Shown one piece after another: positions 1-13,400 of a DNA stretch of 64,000 nt. Positions within the stretch are counted from its first letter, which is position 1, and every line of letters starts with the position of its first letter. Below the pieces are notes generated by a model. It was not told the origin of the DNA and made no database searches. It saw only the letters and a program-made list of their open reading frames with translations. The position numbers and the translations under genes are program-made. The stretch is from Mobula hypostoma (taxonomy: Eukaryota): positions 6,822,001-6,886,000 of the forward strand of contig NC_086101.1 of NCBI RefSeq assembly GCF_963921235.1, given 5' to 3'.

Positions 1-109
1 TTACTTTGGAACGAGGTGCATAGATTTCGCACACAACATGTACATTTCACCAGAACTCGCTGCTTTGCTAATCTCAGGGTCCCTTTACCCCCGGTCACTG
101 GAAATGGCA

Positions 110-830
110 GTTTTTTTTTAAGATTCTGAGGACACGCAGTTCACTTTTATTGTCATTTAGTAATGCATGCATTAAGAAATGATACAATTTGTTCCTCCAG
201 AATGATATCACAGAAACGCAAGACAAGCCAAGACTAAATAAAATCTGACAAAAAAAACACATAATTATAACATATAGTTACAACAGTGCAAAGCAATACC
301 GTAATTTTATGAAGAACAGACCATGGGCACGGTAAAAAAAAAAAAGTCTCAAAGTCTCTCGAAAGTCCCATTATCTCACCCAGAAGGTTGAAGGGAAAAA
401 CTCTCCCTGCCATGAGCTTCCAGCGCCGCAAACTTGCCGATGCAGCGTCCTGGAAGCACCCGACCACAGTCCGACTCTGAGTCCGTCCGAAAACTTCGAG
501 CCTCCGACCAGCCCTCCGACACCGAGCACCGAGCACCATCTCTGCTGAGCGCTTCGACCCCGACCCTGGCAACAGTCAATAGGCAAATCCGAGGATTTGG
601 GGCCTTCCCCTCCGGATATTCTCGATCTCAGAGTAGCAGCGGCAGCGAAGCAGGCATTTCAGAAGATTCTCCAGATGTTCCTCCGTACTTCTCACGTCCG
701 TCTCCATCAAACCAAGATTGTGCATGGCCCCTATTTAACAAAAACGATATCAATTCGGAGTGGCCGCCAGCTTCTACCTATTCATTATGCACAAAGCCAC
801 AATTCAGTTGCCGTGCAACCACCACGTGAT
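110..830 (-). mobile_element. Probable non-autonomous non-LTR (SINE-like) repeat
   Basis: AT-rich tail-like end at the left (TTTATTGTCATT, i.e. AATAAA on the minus strand) and a GC-rich body without a credible ORF; family not identified. Confidence 0.35.
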
Positions 831-1800
831 GGAAGCCGTGCAACCATTGTATACAGTGTGATGGACAGGGGATGAAATACATTCTCACATATTGACAGAT
901 CGTTCCATATTGACAGTTTTTAAGATATGAATTAATATTTTAATAATTATCGTTTTGGGTGACTTCACTCTCGGAGCGTAGGAAGGTAAAAGTGATTTTT
1001 GAGATTTTGAAGATTCATGGAGGTCATAGATGGATAATGAGAACCTCTTCTGTTTAAATATAGAGGGTACATGTCTATGGGGACGTGGAGTGATACACGC
1101 GGACAATCTAACCAAGGCCAAGGGTCACATAACAAATGGTGGAATGTGAGGAAATACAGAAGGCCAGAGGACCCTGGACAGCTTGCTGAGAGATCTCGGA
1201 ATATCAGGGCTTAGTTCGGTCGGTCAGTTAAGAATCGATGGACACTTGACGTCATTGGGTGAAGGTACTAAATGCCAGAGCAGGGAGCTCAGCTACAACT
1301 ATAGAAACACAAGTCTGGCCAAATCCGAAGCAATGTATACAGTCCTGGTCACTACACCACAGGGACATGGAGATGCACCAACATTAAAATTAGGAGGAGG
1401 AATCCCCACTTTATTCTGCTTTCTATTATTGAACGGAATATGGAATTGATCTGCATTCACAGTCTGAAAGTCATTTTTTCCCTGTACCTCAGTACAATAT
1501 TTCTTTAACCATGGTCACTGGAAGAATTAAATAGACTCCAATAGTGTAAATTAGTAATCAGTTATATGCAAATACATTGTGGGTCGATGGTTCCATTTCC
1601 GTCTCAATGATATTTGAAGTACGAATCCAATGTAACTAGTTTCATTCAAACTGTCACTCGGTAGAATAAATAAGTATCAGCTGGAGTTAGTTTAATATAG
1701 TTGTGAACAATGAAGCTTCAACAAAAAATGCAGGTAATTATATATGACGACTCAGTGCTAAAGTTATGGAACAAAATGCAAAACAATGAATTAACCTTAT

Positions 1801-2007
1801 ACACTCACACTGTACTAGAGACTGACAGGTACAGAATGAACCCCACACACTCACGCTGTGCCAGATAATGACAGGTACAGAATGAACCCCACACTCTCAC
1901 ACTGTACCAGAGACCGACAGGTACAAAATGAACACCACACTCTCACACTGCACCAGAGACTGACAGGTACAGAATGAACCCCATACACTCACAGTGTACC
2001 ACAGACT
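1801..2007. repeat. 46-bp minisatellite, about 4.5 copies
   Basis: GACAGGTACA(G/A)AATGAAC recurs at 1824, 1870, 1916 and 1962. Confidence 0.9.
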
Positions 2008-2057
2008 TGAAGATTTGAAGATATGGAATGAACCCTCTCCACCTCCTTCTCTCGACC

Positions 2058-2058
<1 letters not shown>

Positions 2059-2100
<42 letters not shown>

Positions 2101-2110
2101 CGCGCGCGCG
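2059..2110. repeat. (TG)n-(CG)n microsatellite
   Basis: 52 nt of unbroken purine/pyrimidine alternation: a (GT)n run, then AC and a (GC)n run. Confidence 0.95.
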
Positions 2111-2374
2111 GCTAGTAAGGTGTTGAAGTACTCAAGGGCAGTTCAAAATTAGAAACTGCTGGGACAGAAGTGAGGGGTCGGTCATAGTCGGCCGAATCCG
2201 CTTATTGATGAATATTTAGCCAAAAAGAAACGTGAAATCTGTAAATGTGGCTGCCCCGTGACAAAGCTCAGTCATCGTAATGAAAGTTCTGGCATTATTT
2301 CTAACCGATGAGTCACTGCTGAGGTAATCCCGAAGAATTTGTCTTTCATCGGCCTAGTATTTACATCAGAGAAA

Positions 2375-2520
2375 CCGATACGAAATTCAGGAAAAACTCA
2401 GCAGGCCAGACGGCATCGAAGGAAAAGAGTACAGTCGACGTTTTTGGCCTACTGTGTTCCTCCAGCATTCTGTGTGTGTTGCTTGGATTTCCTGCATCTG
2501 CAGTTTTTCTCTTGTTTGTT
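2375..2520. mobile_element. Short palindromic Penelope-derived element
   Basis: AACTCAGCAGGCCAG...ACAGTCGACGTTT followed by the inverted arm GTTCCTCCAGCATTCTGTGTGTGTTGC...CATCTGCAG; same family as 14284..14417. Confidence 0.7.
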
Positions 2521-2714
2521 ATTTACATCAAAGATTGGCATTAAATTAAGGTGTTTGTTCAAGTGGCCGTAACTAAGAGAGTTAGTCAGGGGTGTAAGTG
2601 GATCTCTGGAGACTGATCCTCTGTATAGATAAGGGCCGCTTAGAATGCATCAGTTCGAAGTGACTGCCAGAGGTGTGAATTCAGGAGCAACAGAAATCAC
2701 GGATTCACACTGAA

Positions 2715-2784
2715 ATGGTGTATCCAGTTATCTGGCGGATAGAAGACGTTTACTATCCTTTCATTTCAGCCTTTGGAATTCCTG
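2715..2784 (+). CDS. GPR139-like class A GPCR, exon 1 (MVYPVIWRIEDVYYPFISAFGIP + 1 nt)
   Basis: ATG at 2715, 70 nt, strong donor G|GTAAGC; phase 1 joins exon 2 to give TM1 ...FGIPANLLAIVILS. Confidence 0.9.
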
Positions 2785-4070
2785 GTAAGCCTCAGTGACA
2801 TCTGCCGTTGGTGGGAGTTGAAATTTAATTCAAATGGTCTGACTGTTCTGTCGGTGCTTTCCACTGTCACCTGCCCAGTCCCAGTGTTCCGTATTTCAGG
2901 AATGGAGTGTAAACACCGGGATGTGCATTCTGGGATCTGGATCTAAATACAACCCGCTTCAAGAATTCAGCACATCCAAAAACTTCAATGGAACTGAACG
3001 GGTCAGGCAGCGTTTTCCCAGCCGTTTGTGATCAATAATGGGATGTTCGGGTCGCTCTGCTTCTGGTCTTGCAGCAGCTGTTCTGCACTTGCAAATATTC
3101 TGTTTATACAGCCGGCGGAGATTACACCAATTGACTGCCTGCATGTGCACGTGAGTGCTTTTCTGGGTTAGTTGCAACTATCAAACCATTGACTGGTAGT
3201 AACAGTGTAGCAAATGTGAGGAGTTCTGTGTTGTAACAAAAAACTGTTGCGGATTTTCAATAAATGTGTGCGATATGACTGAACATCAAGCAGTTGATGG
3301 ATAGCACTGCGGCACCGAATTTGCTGTTGGACGTTGAATTCCTCTCCCCTGCTTCCCTGAGATGGATTCAGTGGGAGGCGTCATGTGTGTCTGTGAGGTT
3401 GTGTCTGATTGCGCTGTATCTGTTAGAATCAGGCAATGTTCTGTTGTAAAGACAGTGAGGTGGCAAATGCTGGAATTGGAAACAAACTCGGGGAATGCTG
3501 GAAACATTAAACCCCAAGCAGCTTGTATGCAAAGAGAAACCAGCTAACACTCGTGTCAGGGGTCTGCCTGAGAACAGTTCTGAGAAGAGACACTTTATCT
3601 GTTTTTCCACATGTTCTGTTTTGCCTGGATGAGTGTTTCCAGCATTTCCTTTCTGCGTTCAGCTGTTCTGTCGCTGACAGCAATCGCCAGGGATGTTGAT
3701 GATTGTGTAATGGAAGAATCTCGCCATCAGCATCCGGATTTATTCATTTCATCCAGACGAGACCCGGAAGGCACCGATAGATAATATTCCATCCAGTATT
3801 GACCTAAAGAGGTAGTTACTCAGTTTTAGCTTTCCGCTGCCACTTCACATTGTGGTTATCAGTAAGGAATCCGTATTCAGATCATTTTGACTTTATTTCA
3901 CTGTGTAACCTCCTTCTCTGTCTCCGACAGCTCTCGACCCTTTCTCTCTCTAGACCCTCCCACCGCGAAATGTAACGATAAAGTGGAAATTTTGTAGGAT
4001 CCCCTCAAGCTGCTGCATTGTTTTCTACTCAGCATTTTTGTCAACTTACTGTTCCCTGTCCCTCTTCCAG

Positions 4071-4972
4071 CGAACTTGTTGGCGATTGTAATCCTGTCCC
4101 GAGGAAAGTGCGGTCTCTCCAAATGTGTCACTCGATACCTGGTGGGAATGGCAGCGGCCGATCTCCTGGTCGTTATGTCGGATCCGCTGCTGTGGGAGAC
4201 TGCTGAGATCTATTTTCCCCGATCATTCCTGCGAATGACTCCTGTGTGCAGACTCGATATGTGGTTGGTTTTTGCGATCACTGCTTCCTCAGTCTGGCTG
4301 ACTGTTGCTTTCACCATCGATCGATTTGTGGCTATTTGCTGTGAGAAGTTGAAAACAAAATATTGCACCGAGAGAACGGCGGCTGTGGTTATCGGGACAG
4401 TGAGTGTGCTGGCCTGTTTGGAGACTGTCCCCTGGGGTTTTGCATTCGGACCTGGAGAAATAATTGATGGTGTTCCATGGGATTGTGTTTATACACCGAG
4501 CTACAAAACCTCACCCGCATGGTTGATATTCGTGATATTTCATCGCATTTTAGTCCCTTGTCTCCCATTCATTCTGATTTTGCTGTTCAATATTTTGACT
4601 GTCAAGCGGATTCTAGCGGCCAGTCGAGCCCGCAGGGGGCTCCGGGGACAAAAGAGTGGAGAGAATGACAAGGACCGGGAGATGGAGAACCGACGCAAAT
4701 CCATCGTTTTGCTCTTCAGCATAACCGCTAGTTTCATATTGCTATGGGGAACATATGTGGTATTTTTTATCTATAGACGGATTTCAATGAGTTATGTTGA
4801 TTCGGTCACGGATCCCCGATACATCGCAGACCGCACATCGGCAATGCTGCAGATTCTCAGCTCCTGCACCAACACGTGTATTTACGCCCTGACTCAGAGT
4901 AAATTCCGAGAGGAACTAAAGAGTGCGGTGCAATACCCACTGAATCGGATTTTGAAATTCATGAAACGTTAG
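4071..4972 (+). CDS. GPR139-like class A GPCR, exon 2; spliced product 323 aa
   Basis: Polypyrimidine acceptor CCCTCTTCCAG|CG; 7TM pattern with AAADLL (TM2), PVC, TIDRFVAIC, ECL2 Cys, SSCTNTCIY (TM7), helix 8 KFREELK; no stops; 70+902=972 nt. Confidence 0.93.
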
Positions 4973-4973
4973 A

Positions 4974-4979
4974 AATAAA
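4974..4979 (+). terminator. Candidate polyadenylation signal
   Basis: AATAAA one base after the TAG stop. Confidence 0.35.
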
Positions 4980-5079
4980 TGATGTGAAGTATTGCAATTC
5001 AGCTGCCTTCAAGCTGTCTATTCTATCCCCCCCCCCACCCACTTGTGGGTAAATGGAAACAATGTGAACAGAGTTACAA

Positions 5080-5325
5080 AACAAACACAAGAAAATCTGC
5101 AAATGCCCGAACTATAAAACAACGCACCCAAAGTCAGATCCTGATGAAGTGTCTCGCTCCGAGCCGTTGACTGTTTACTCTTTTCCTCACTCAAAATGCT
5201 GGAGGAAGTCAGCAGGCCAGGCAGCGGCTATGGAAAAGAGTAAATAGTCGTCGTCTAGGGCCGAAGCTCTTCACCAGAGTCCTGTCAATTGTTTACTCTT
5301 TTCCATTCTGTGTGTGTTGCCTTAG
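5080..5325. mobile_element. Cluster of Penelope-derived short elements with decayed hammerhead motifs
   Basis: CTGATGAAG at 5141 with degenerate GAGCCGTTGACTG; AAAATGCTGGAGGAAGTCAGCAGGCCAGGCAG arm. Confidence 0.7.
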
Positions 5326-5669
5326 ATGTTACAAAACAGTTGTTTACAGGGGATCCCGACGGCATCACTGTACTCACCACCTGAGGAAAATCCCTTTTGC
5401 ACCTCACGTCCCGTTCAATTGAAGCTTGAGGCGAACTGTTTCCCCGGCTTCCTGTTTCCGAAAAAAAACTGCTTGATCTTGGAATATACTTTCGTCTGTA
5501 TCAACCACTCCCGCTCCTGCTTTAACCGGCCCTTTCCTTCACCCTCTTTTTCTCCTCCTTCTCTCCCTATAGGTTCTCCTTCTCACTACCACCTTGAACT
5601 GTCTTCCTTTAAGAGAATTTTATCATTTTTACAATTGAAGACAAAGTACCGTTACGCTCACTTGTAGCT

Positions 5670-6185
5670 CTGTGAGAGACAGAGAGATAAAGGGGGCGCC
5701 TGCAGGAGACAGCCCGAGGCCTGAGACACCGAATGAGACATGGCGAGAAAGAGGGCGCGAGGGGAGCACACGTGGGAGAGGGTGCCATGGAGATGACGCT
5801 AGGGTGAGCGCGAGGGAGAGGGCTGGAAGGAGAGGGTGCGTGCGAGCGAGAGCGACAGAAAGAGGAATAGCGGTGGGGGAGGTAACGAAAGAGACATCAC
5901 GCGAGAGAATCGGAGTGAGACAGAGAGAGAAAGAGAGAGCGAGATAGTGAGAGTCAATGAGACATCGTGAAGGAGTGGGCGCGAAGGAGTGACAGCGAAT
6001 GAGACATGGCGAGAAAGAGGGCGCGCGGGAGAGCGCACGAGGGAGTTGGCATGGTGGAGAGTGCACAAGGGAGAGGGCGTGTGGGAGAGAGAGAGAAAGA
6101 GAGTGTGTGTGCCTGTAAAGGAGAGAGAAAGATAGTGAAGCGAATGACACATCGTTAGGGGGAGAGGGAGAGAGAGATAGAACAG
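5670..6185. repeat. GA-rich low-complexity repeat with internal duplication
   Basis: GAATGAGACATGGCGAGAAAGAGGGCGCG at 5731 and 5997. Confidence 0.75.
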
Positions 6186-6739
6186 GCTGCGTGACGTTGT
6201 CGGATCTGTGTTTCCCCTCCACCACTGAGATCGGGTTGTTTAGTGAATGATACGTATTATTTTATGTACTGCTACTACAGTAGATATTTGCTTTTCTTTC
6301 TGTATTAACATCGTACGAGTTCTAACAAAGTGCTTTGTTTCAAAACTTGTGCAGGCTGCTTTGTTTGCGAATGCATGTGTAAATAATAGACAATAGGCAA
6401 TAGATAATAGGTGGAGGAGTAGGCCATTCGGCACTTCGAGCCAGCACCGCCATTCACTGTGATCATGGCTGATCATCCACTATCAGTTTCCAGTTCCTGC
6501 CTTATCCCCATAACCCGGATACGCGGATCGGAATTAAAAAAAAAGAACACTGAATGTATTTTAAAACTATTTTCATTACAAAGAGATCAGATAAGTTCCT
6601 GAATATACAGGAGATGGAAGGATATGAATCACATGCAGCAAACACTTTAGTGGGGCGTGGTGAGGGTGGTGGTGTGGTGTGGATGGGTAGACAGGAGAAT
6701 CTGAGAATAAGAGTGAGATTGCAGGATGGTGCGTTACCT

Positions 6740-8520
6740 CTATCATGCCAGGGCCAAGGATGTTTGTGAGAAGGCACAGAACATTCCGAAAGGGCAGGGT
6801 GAGCAGCCAGAGGTCATGATCCTTATTAGAACTAACAATAGAGAGACAAGGTCCTTCAAAGAGAATTTAGTGAGTTGGGTAGAAAGTTAAAAAGTAGGAA
6901 CTCCGGGGTGTTGATTTCCTGTAATTCCGGTGACGCATGCTTGGTACACAGATGTGTGACTAACAATCTGGTGCAAGAAGCATGGTATCAAGGATACAGA
7001 ACATTGGGCTCTCTTCCAGGATAAGTGAGAATAATGTAAGGAGGATGGGTTACATTGAAGGGGAACTAATATTCTCACAGGGAAGCTTGCTGGAGCCACC
7101 CTGATAATTTTTATCATGTTGCATGCGGAGGGGATGTTGAGATCCAGAGCTACATGTTAGTAGGTATCATTGAGCGGAAGGCAGAGATTAGATCGAAGAA
7201 CCGCAAAATGAAGTCAAGATGGGACCACATTAATGAGCACATTAAATCGCACAGTTTGTAGAACGGTTAATGCAGATGTACTTAGAGCCTGGATTAGTAC
7301 ATGTCACGGTGATTCATCCATTACAGAGATCTGGCTGAGAGAAGGGCAGGACTTGTAACTAAACATTCCAGGATTTATATGACTCAAAGAGTCCAGAGAG
7401 AGCTGAAAGAGGTTGAAGAGCTGTACTGCTGATAAGGCAGAATGTCACTAGGTTGAGGTCATCCCAGAGAGTCACCCAGTAAGTTAATGTGGGAAAAACT
7501 CAGGAATAAGTAAGGTGCAATCACTGTGATGGGAATATACTGTCGGCCTCCCAAAAGCCAGTAAGAAAATGGAATAGATGTGTCTGCAGGTTGTGGGATG
7601 ATGTACAAACAATAGAGTAGCTGTAGTGGGTGAATAATCTCCCTAGAATGAGTGTGTCTCCCTTAGCACCTGAGGCTTGGACGGGGCATTATTTGTGAGG
7701 TGTGTTGAGGAAGGTTTCCAGAAACATTACATAGATGGTTCACCAAGGAGGGGGACATGCTTGGCATAGTATTGGGAAATAAACCTAGCAAGATGATTGT
7801 AGTTTCATTGGGAAAGATTTACAAACTATAATTCTAGAGGTTCTCAGATGTTTATTGATAAGGATGTCTGTACCTGTAGGTGGATGAATGTAAGTTTGTG
7901 GAAGTCAAATTACAGCAGAGATGGGCAGGATTCATAGAGTTCATTCTGGAGCTGATGTTACTGGTTGTTACTGGAAGGAGCTGATGTTAGCTGATGTCTG
8001 ACATGGGAGTGTGACAGACAGTCCAGCTGGTCAGAATTCAGGAGTTACCTGTTCCTGTGAGGAAGGTAGAGAAGGACAGGGACGTTCAGGAGCTTGGGAA
8101 GATGAGAAATATTGTATTTGTTTAAAAATGTAAGAGGAGTGACATGTAAGGTGTAGGATGATGAAATTGGACAGGATCTTGGAGGAACATACAGGAAGCA
8201 AGAAACAAGTCAGACTGTGAATCAGGAGAGTGGACAGTGACCAGGAAATGTCCACATTGAGGAGGATCAATGGGAATCCCAAGGCATCTTATGCATCCAC
8301 AGTAAATAACGGTAGAGTGGGGAGAGGACAGGATCACTCCGGGACAAAGGTCTGGAGCCAGAGTTAGCATGTGAATTAGAAAATGAATATTGGTATTCAC
8401 TAAGGAGAAGGACCAGGAGGAAAGCGAGATCAGAAAGGGGGATATGTTGATATTCTCTGGCGTGTTGGTACTAAAGAGGAAGTGCTGTTGGGTCGCTCGG
8501 ACCATTCAGATGGGTAAATC
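6740..8520 (+). mobile_element. Highly degraded CR1 LINE (ORF1 esterase end, endonuclease, linker)
   Basis: Nucleotide similarity by eye to the CR1s at 17585 and 41634 (GATGGGTTACATTGAAG, CATTACAGAGATCTGGCTG, AGGAATAAGTAAGGTGCAATCAC). Confidence 0.7.
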
Positions 8521-9199
8521 CTTTGGGGGATTTAGTCCATTGGGAGACACAGACCACATGCAGTTAAATAAGATGGTTCAATTGCCGGCACCGTTCTGTA
8601 AGGACATAGATCTTAACAACATCTGGTCCATATTGCAAGGGAAGGGGACGGTCTGGCATGTGACAGCTCAAGAGAAGTCAGCAATTGAATGCAGGGACAG
8701 TGAACTTTACAATATCTAGACCTTCACTGCCAGGGCACAGACCAATAAAACTCTCAGCACTATGCCGTGAGCACACGGACCTGTACACACACAACACTGT
8801 ACTACGCCGTTAAACACTATTACAACCCCAACAGTTCAAGGATAGAGACCAGTACAACCTCGATAATTAATTACAATTCACGGACACTATCAACCCCCCA
8901 CCCCCACTGGGCGTCTTTCAGGATGTGACAGAGAGTTGACAAAGGAGAACCTTGAATTATGTGTGCTTAAATTTCCGAAGGTTTTGGAAATGCCATCGGC
9001 AAAAAGAGAAGCAGAAAAGTAAGCAGGTTATGGAAAGATGTAAAAGCAACAGAGTAGTGCGTGACTGTAATTTCCCCAATATTAACTGAGACTATCTTAG
9101 TGTGGAGACTCAAAGGACTGGAATTTGTGGCATCCTGGAAAGATTTACCGGCACTGACAGTCCATACTATGTCAGTTTCTGCAGATTTAGCATGCCGTC

Positions 9200-9800
9200 T
9201 AAAACTTTGATGATGATCTATAGGTCTATAGTGGAGAATAGCCTGACTGGTCTGGTTTAGAAACAGCAAGGCCCTTGAATGGAATAGCAACTGAAAAGTT
9301 GTTCGTGCAGCCAGTCCATCACAGGTAAAGCCCTCCCCACCACTGAACTCATCTACAAGGAGAGCTGTCACAGGAAAGCAGTGACATCATTAAGGTGCTG
9401 CTCGATTCTCGATGTTGCCGTCAAGAAGGAGTTATAGGAGCCTCATTTCCCACAGCACCAGGTTCACTAATAGTTATTACCCCTCAACCATCCGGTTTTT
9501 GAAGCAGAGGTGAGAATTTCATTCACCACAACAATGAAATCACATTCAGGGAATCCACATCTCATTTTCTTGATAGTTACTTCGCACTTATTATCATTTT
9601 ATTTTGTTTTTTTTTTGTTTATTTACGCAATTTATTGTCTTCGTTATCTTTTGTACATTGGTTTTTGTCCTTCTTCGATGTGTGCAGTTTTTCATTAATT
9701 CCTTTGTGTTTCTTTGTATTTACTGTGCATGCCCGCAACAAAATGTATATGCTGATATTGGTACTTCAACAATAAATTTAGTTTCAACATTGAACTTCAC
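9200..9800 (+). mobile_element. Rex1/Babar-like LINE 3' fragment
   Basis: Matches other copies in the window (GCAGCCAGTCCATCACAGG...CACCAGGTTCA); tail AATAAATTTAGTTTCAACATTGAAC. Confidence 0.65.
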
Positions 9801-10439
9801 AGAAGATGTCCTGTGACTATAGGCGGAAAAAGATAGGGCTTTCCTCTTTGGAGGGAAGCAGTATGAGAGGTGACTTGAAAGAGCTATGCAAAATAATCGG
9901 AGGCATGAGACGACTGGACATCTAGATAATTTTTCCCAATATGGAAGTGGCTAAAACAAGGAACCATAATTTTAAGGTGATTGGAAGGGGATGCTGTCTG
10001 AGGTTATCTTTTAAACGCAGAAAATGTGTGGAATTTGCTGCCCGGGATTGCAGTAATAGCAAATGCATTAGGGAAACTTAAGAGAACTTGCATTGGGACA
10101 TGACCTTTGCAACTGATGAATTTCAGTGAGAGAGCATTTTGAAGACAGTCATCCCCAAAGAAAGACACAATTTTGGGGGAATTTGCCAAACTAAGGACAA
10201 GCTAATGATCACCTACCACCTTGTAGTTTATCCTCATCTTCCCCTACCTAGTTGTCTTGACTATTTTTTCCTGTTGAAAGGCCACAGCTCGTAACGTTGA
10301 TGGTTTACTCTTTTCCGTAGATGCTGAGTAGCCTGCTGAGCTCCTCCAGTATTTTGTGTGTGTTGCATTCTAATGAGAAATATGTTAGGTAGGACTCGGG
10401 AGAGCAGAGACCGGGAGCAGCTGTAACTCTCACCAGTCC

Positions 10440-13400
10440 TGTGAGAGTTATTTAAAGATGAGTAGTTCAAATGTCAACTGGTTTCTGTGAGGGGGAAAGA
10501 CAAGCATCCAATCTAAGAATATTGAATGATCAGAGATGTTGCTAACATAGTAAAAAAGGAAAAGGAGCCATAACGTAAGTTTTGGAAGTGCAAAGTACAT
10601 AAAACCATTGATGAATATTCAGCAATATGCAAATTAACAGAGAAACAGCAGTGCTAAATGATAATGGGGGAAGGGGGATGACTTTTCTGAGCAAGATTGG
10701 ACAGAGTACCAAAGCACCTTGTACATGCATTAAAAACAAAAGGGGCACCGCGGAGAAGGTAGTATTGTAGACTACTTACCAACATGGTCAAATCACCAAA
10801 TAAATAATTCACATCAGTATTCATCAAACAGAACGTGAGGCAGGAAAAGAAGGTTAGGGAGTATATGCTGATATTCTATGGCATATTGATAACAAGCTGG
10901 TGGCGGCATTGTGACTCTCAAAGAACACTAAGGTGGAAAAGTACCGGGACTGGATGGATCATTGCAGGTTATTGAGAGAGTGAGGGAATGTTGCAGATTT
11001 CTAAGGCCTTCACTGAGATCTTTGTAGTGTCTTTTTAATTACACATGTTGCTACAAAGGACTGCAGATGAGCCAATATTGTTCACTCGTTTAGCAAGGGC
11101 TATAGTGACAAACCAGGAAACTACATAGTTGTCACAAATACTTGGTGCAGTTGTGGACAGTGAGGAGGAATACCAAAGGATTCAGCAGAAAACAGGCCAA
11201 CTCAAAATGTGGGCAGAAAAATGGCAGATGAATTGTTGTACTCCTGGAAGTCAAATTTCAGATGTTTTCTTCAGAATCCCTCTCCCTATTAGAGTAGCTG
11301 GAATGTCAGTTATGCCAGTGACATGGTCTGCTTCAGGACGTGGTAGATCAGGGAGCTAGTCAGTGTCCTCGATAACTTCACATGAGGGAAGTTCACCAGC
11401 TGCAGCTCTTGACTGACTTTGTGAAGGAGATGGAGGTGGCGATCGACCAAACATCGATCATCTCGGACACTGAGACCAGATCATAAGTGATGTGGTCACG
11501 CCGATGGTGCAGGTTGTTAATGAGTTTGGGGATCACTAAGAGATACAGGAGGAAGAGTCAGACAGTGCAGGGTCGCCCTTGTAGCTGCTCCGCTCACAAC
11601 AATTATACGATCTGAATACTGATGGGGAACGACACACCAGCAATAGCCAGGCTGCTGGCACTGAGAGCGTCTCTGATGCCCAGTAGGGGAGGAAGAGATC
11701 AGGTGGGAAAGTAGTTAAGAGAAGACTCAGCGTCTGTAAAAGATCTAGCAGGATGGTGTGCTGCCTCCTGAGTACCAGGGTCAGGAATGTGTTGGAACGG
11801 TTACCGAAAATTCTCAAGTGCTCATGGTGCATATAACATGGTAAAAAGTGTGTTGAGCTCCTACACAGTTGATATGGGGAGTTAGGAGACAGGAAAAAAG
11901 TTTTAAAAGACCAACTTCAAAAGCAGTAACCTCTAGATTACTCCTACTGCCAAATATTGGTGAGTATACAAATGGAATGATGATTCAGATGAATATGTGA
12001 CCGAGGGTCTGATGCATGGGGCAAGATTGAAGTTTCTTGGATCACTGCAATTTCCTCTGTGGTAGGGAGACTTATACAGAAGAGATAGATTGCTTTTGAA
12101 CTGGAGGTGGACCAATATCCTGCAGATTTGCGAGTGCTGCTCGGAATTGTGTAAATGGGAGTGGCAGTCAGTGTGACCCTGAGCAGGGGATAATACTGTC
12201 ATCAATGAGAGAACATTTAGTCAACAGGATAGAGAGAAGCACAAACAAAGGAGAGGAAAGATAATTGCTTTAAACTGCTTTTACTTCACTGAAAAATGCT
12301 TGACAGGTCAGGTGGATGAAATCTTGTGTGACTGGCTCTGGGACTGCTGGATCACTCCTTTTCATGTTATACGTCAATGATTTGGGTGATCAATGATTTG
12401 GGTGACAGAATTATGGCTTTCTGGTCAAGTTGCAGACAATTCTAAGATAGGTTGAGTGGCAGGTAGTGCTGAGGAAGCAGGGAATCTGGAGAAGGACAGA
12501 CATTGAGAGAAAGGATGGAGTGGTAGATAAAACATCGTGCAGAGAAATGTGATCATGAATATAAGCGGTAATGGCATAGGCTCTTTTCTCAGCAGGAAGC
12601 AAACTCAAAAAACAGAGGTGCAACGGGACTTGGGAGTCCTCCTGCAGGATATCAAAAGGTTAACTTGCAGCTTGAGCCAGTGGTAAGGAAGACAATTCAA
12701 CTGCGAGAATTCAATTCAACAGGACAAGTATACAAAAGCAAGGTGTGATGCTAAGGTTTAACAAGGCATTGGTCAGACCGTACATGGAGTATTGTGAGCA
12801 GTTATGGGCCTCTTGTCTGAGAAAAGATGTGCAGGTATTGGAGGGGGTCCAAGAGAGATTCATAAGGGTTGATTGGGGAAATTACTAGGTTAATGTTTGA
12901 GGAGTGATTGCTGGCTCCAGGGCTGTATTCATAAGAACTGGGGGAATCTCACTGAAACCGATTGAATATTGAAAAGCCTATATAGAGTGGAAGTGAAGAA
13001 CATATTTCCTTGAGCGGAGACATTCAGGACCAAAATGCACAGTCTCAGAGCAGAGTGGTATCCATCTAGATCTGAAACGAAGAAGAATTTCTTCAGAAAG
13101 TGGGTAGTGAAACTGGAATTCATTGCCACAGACAGGTGTGGAGACGAGCCATTCTTTATAAAACGAAGATGGACGCCTTTTTGATTAGTCTGTGCAACAA
13201 AGGGTTGTGGAGAAGAAGCAAGATATTGGAGTTAAAAGGGATAAAAAGGGAATCAACCATCGTGAAATGGTGGAGCAGATTGGATTCGGCTGAATGGCCT
13301 AATTCCGCCACTTTGTCTTATTGTCAGAGTGCAGCCATAACAGAAACACGACTGAGGGAAGGGCAGAATAGGCAGATCAGTGTTCCAGGATGCAAAGATG

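Noticed and set aside
234..875. Overlapping ORFs of 67-131 aa
   Set aside because: No recognisable domain; they lie in a repeat-like GC-rich segment
1801..2007. Regularly spaced repeats suggesting a CRISPR array
   Set aside because: The whole 46-bp unit repeats with no unique spacers, there are no cas genes, and the context is eukaryotic
2622..2634. TATA/GATA-like TATAGATAAG upstream of the GPCR
   Set aside because: Weak match and unknown TSS; not supportable alone
4076..4078. TTG start of the 298-aa GPCR ORF
   Set aside because: Artefact of the ORF caller; the true start is in the upstream exon at 2715
5629..6225. 198-aa Ser/Leu/Pro-rich ORF
   Set aside because: Translation of GA/CT low-complexity sequence
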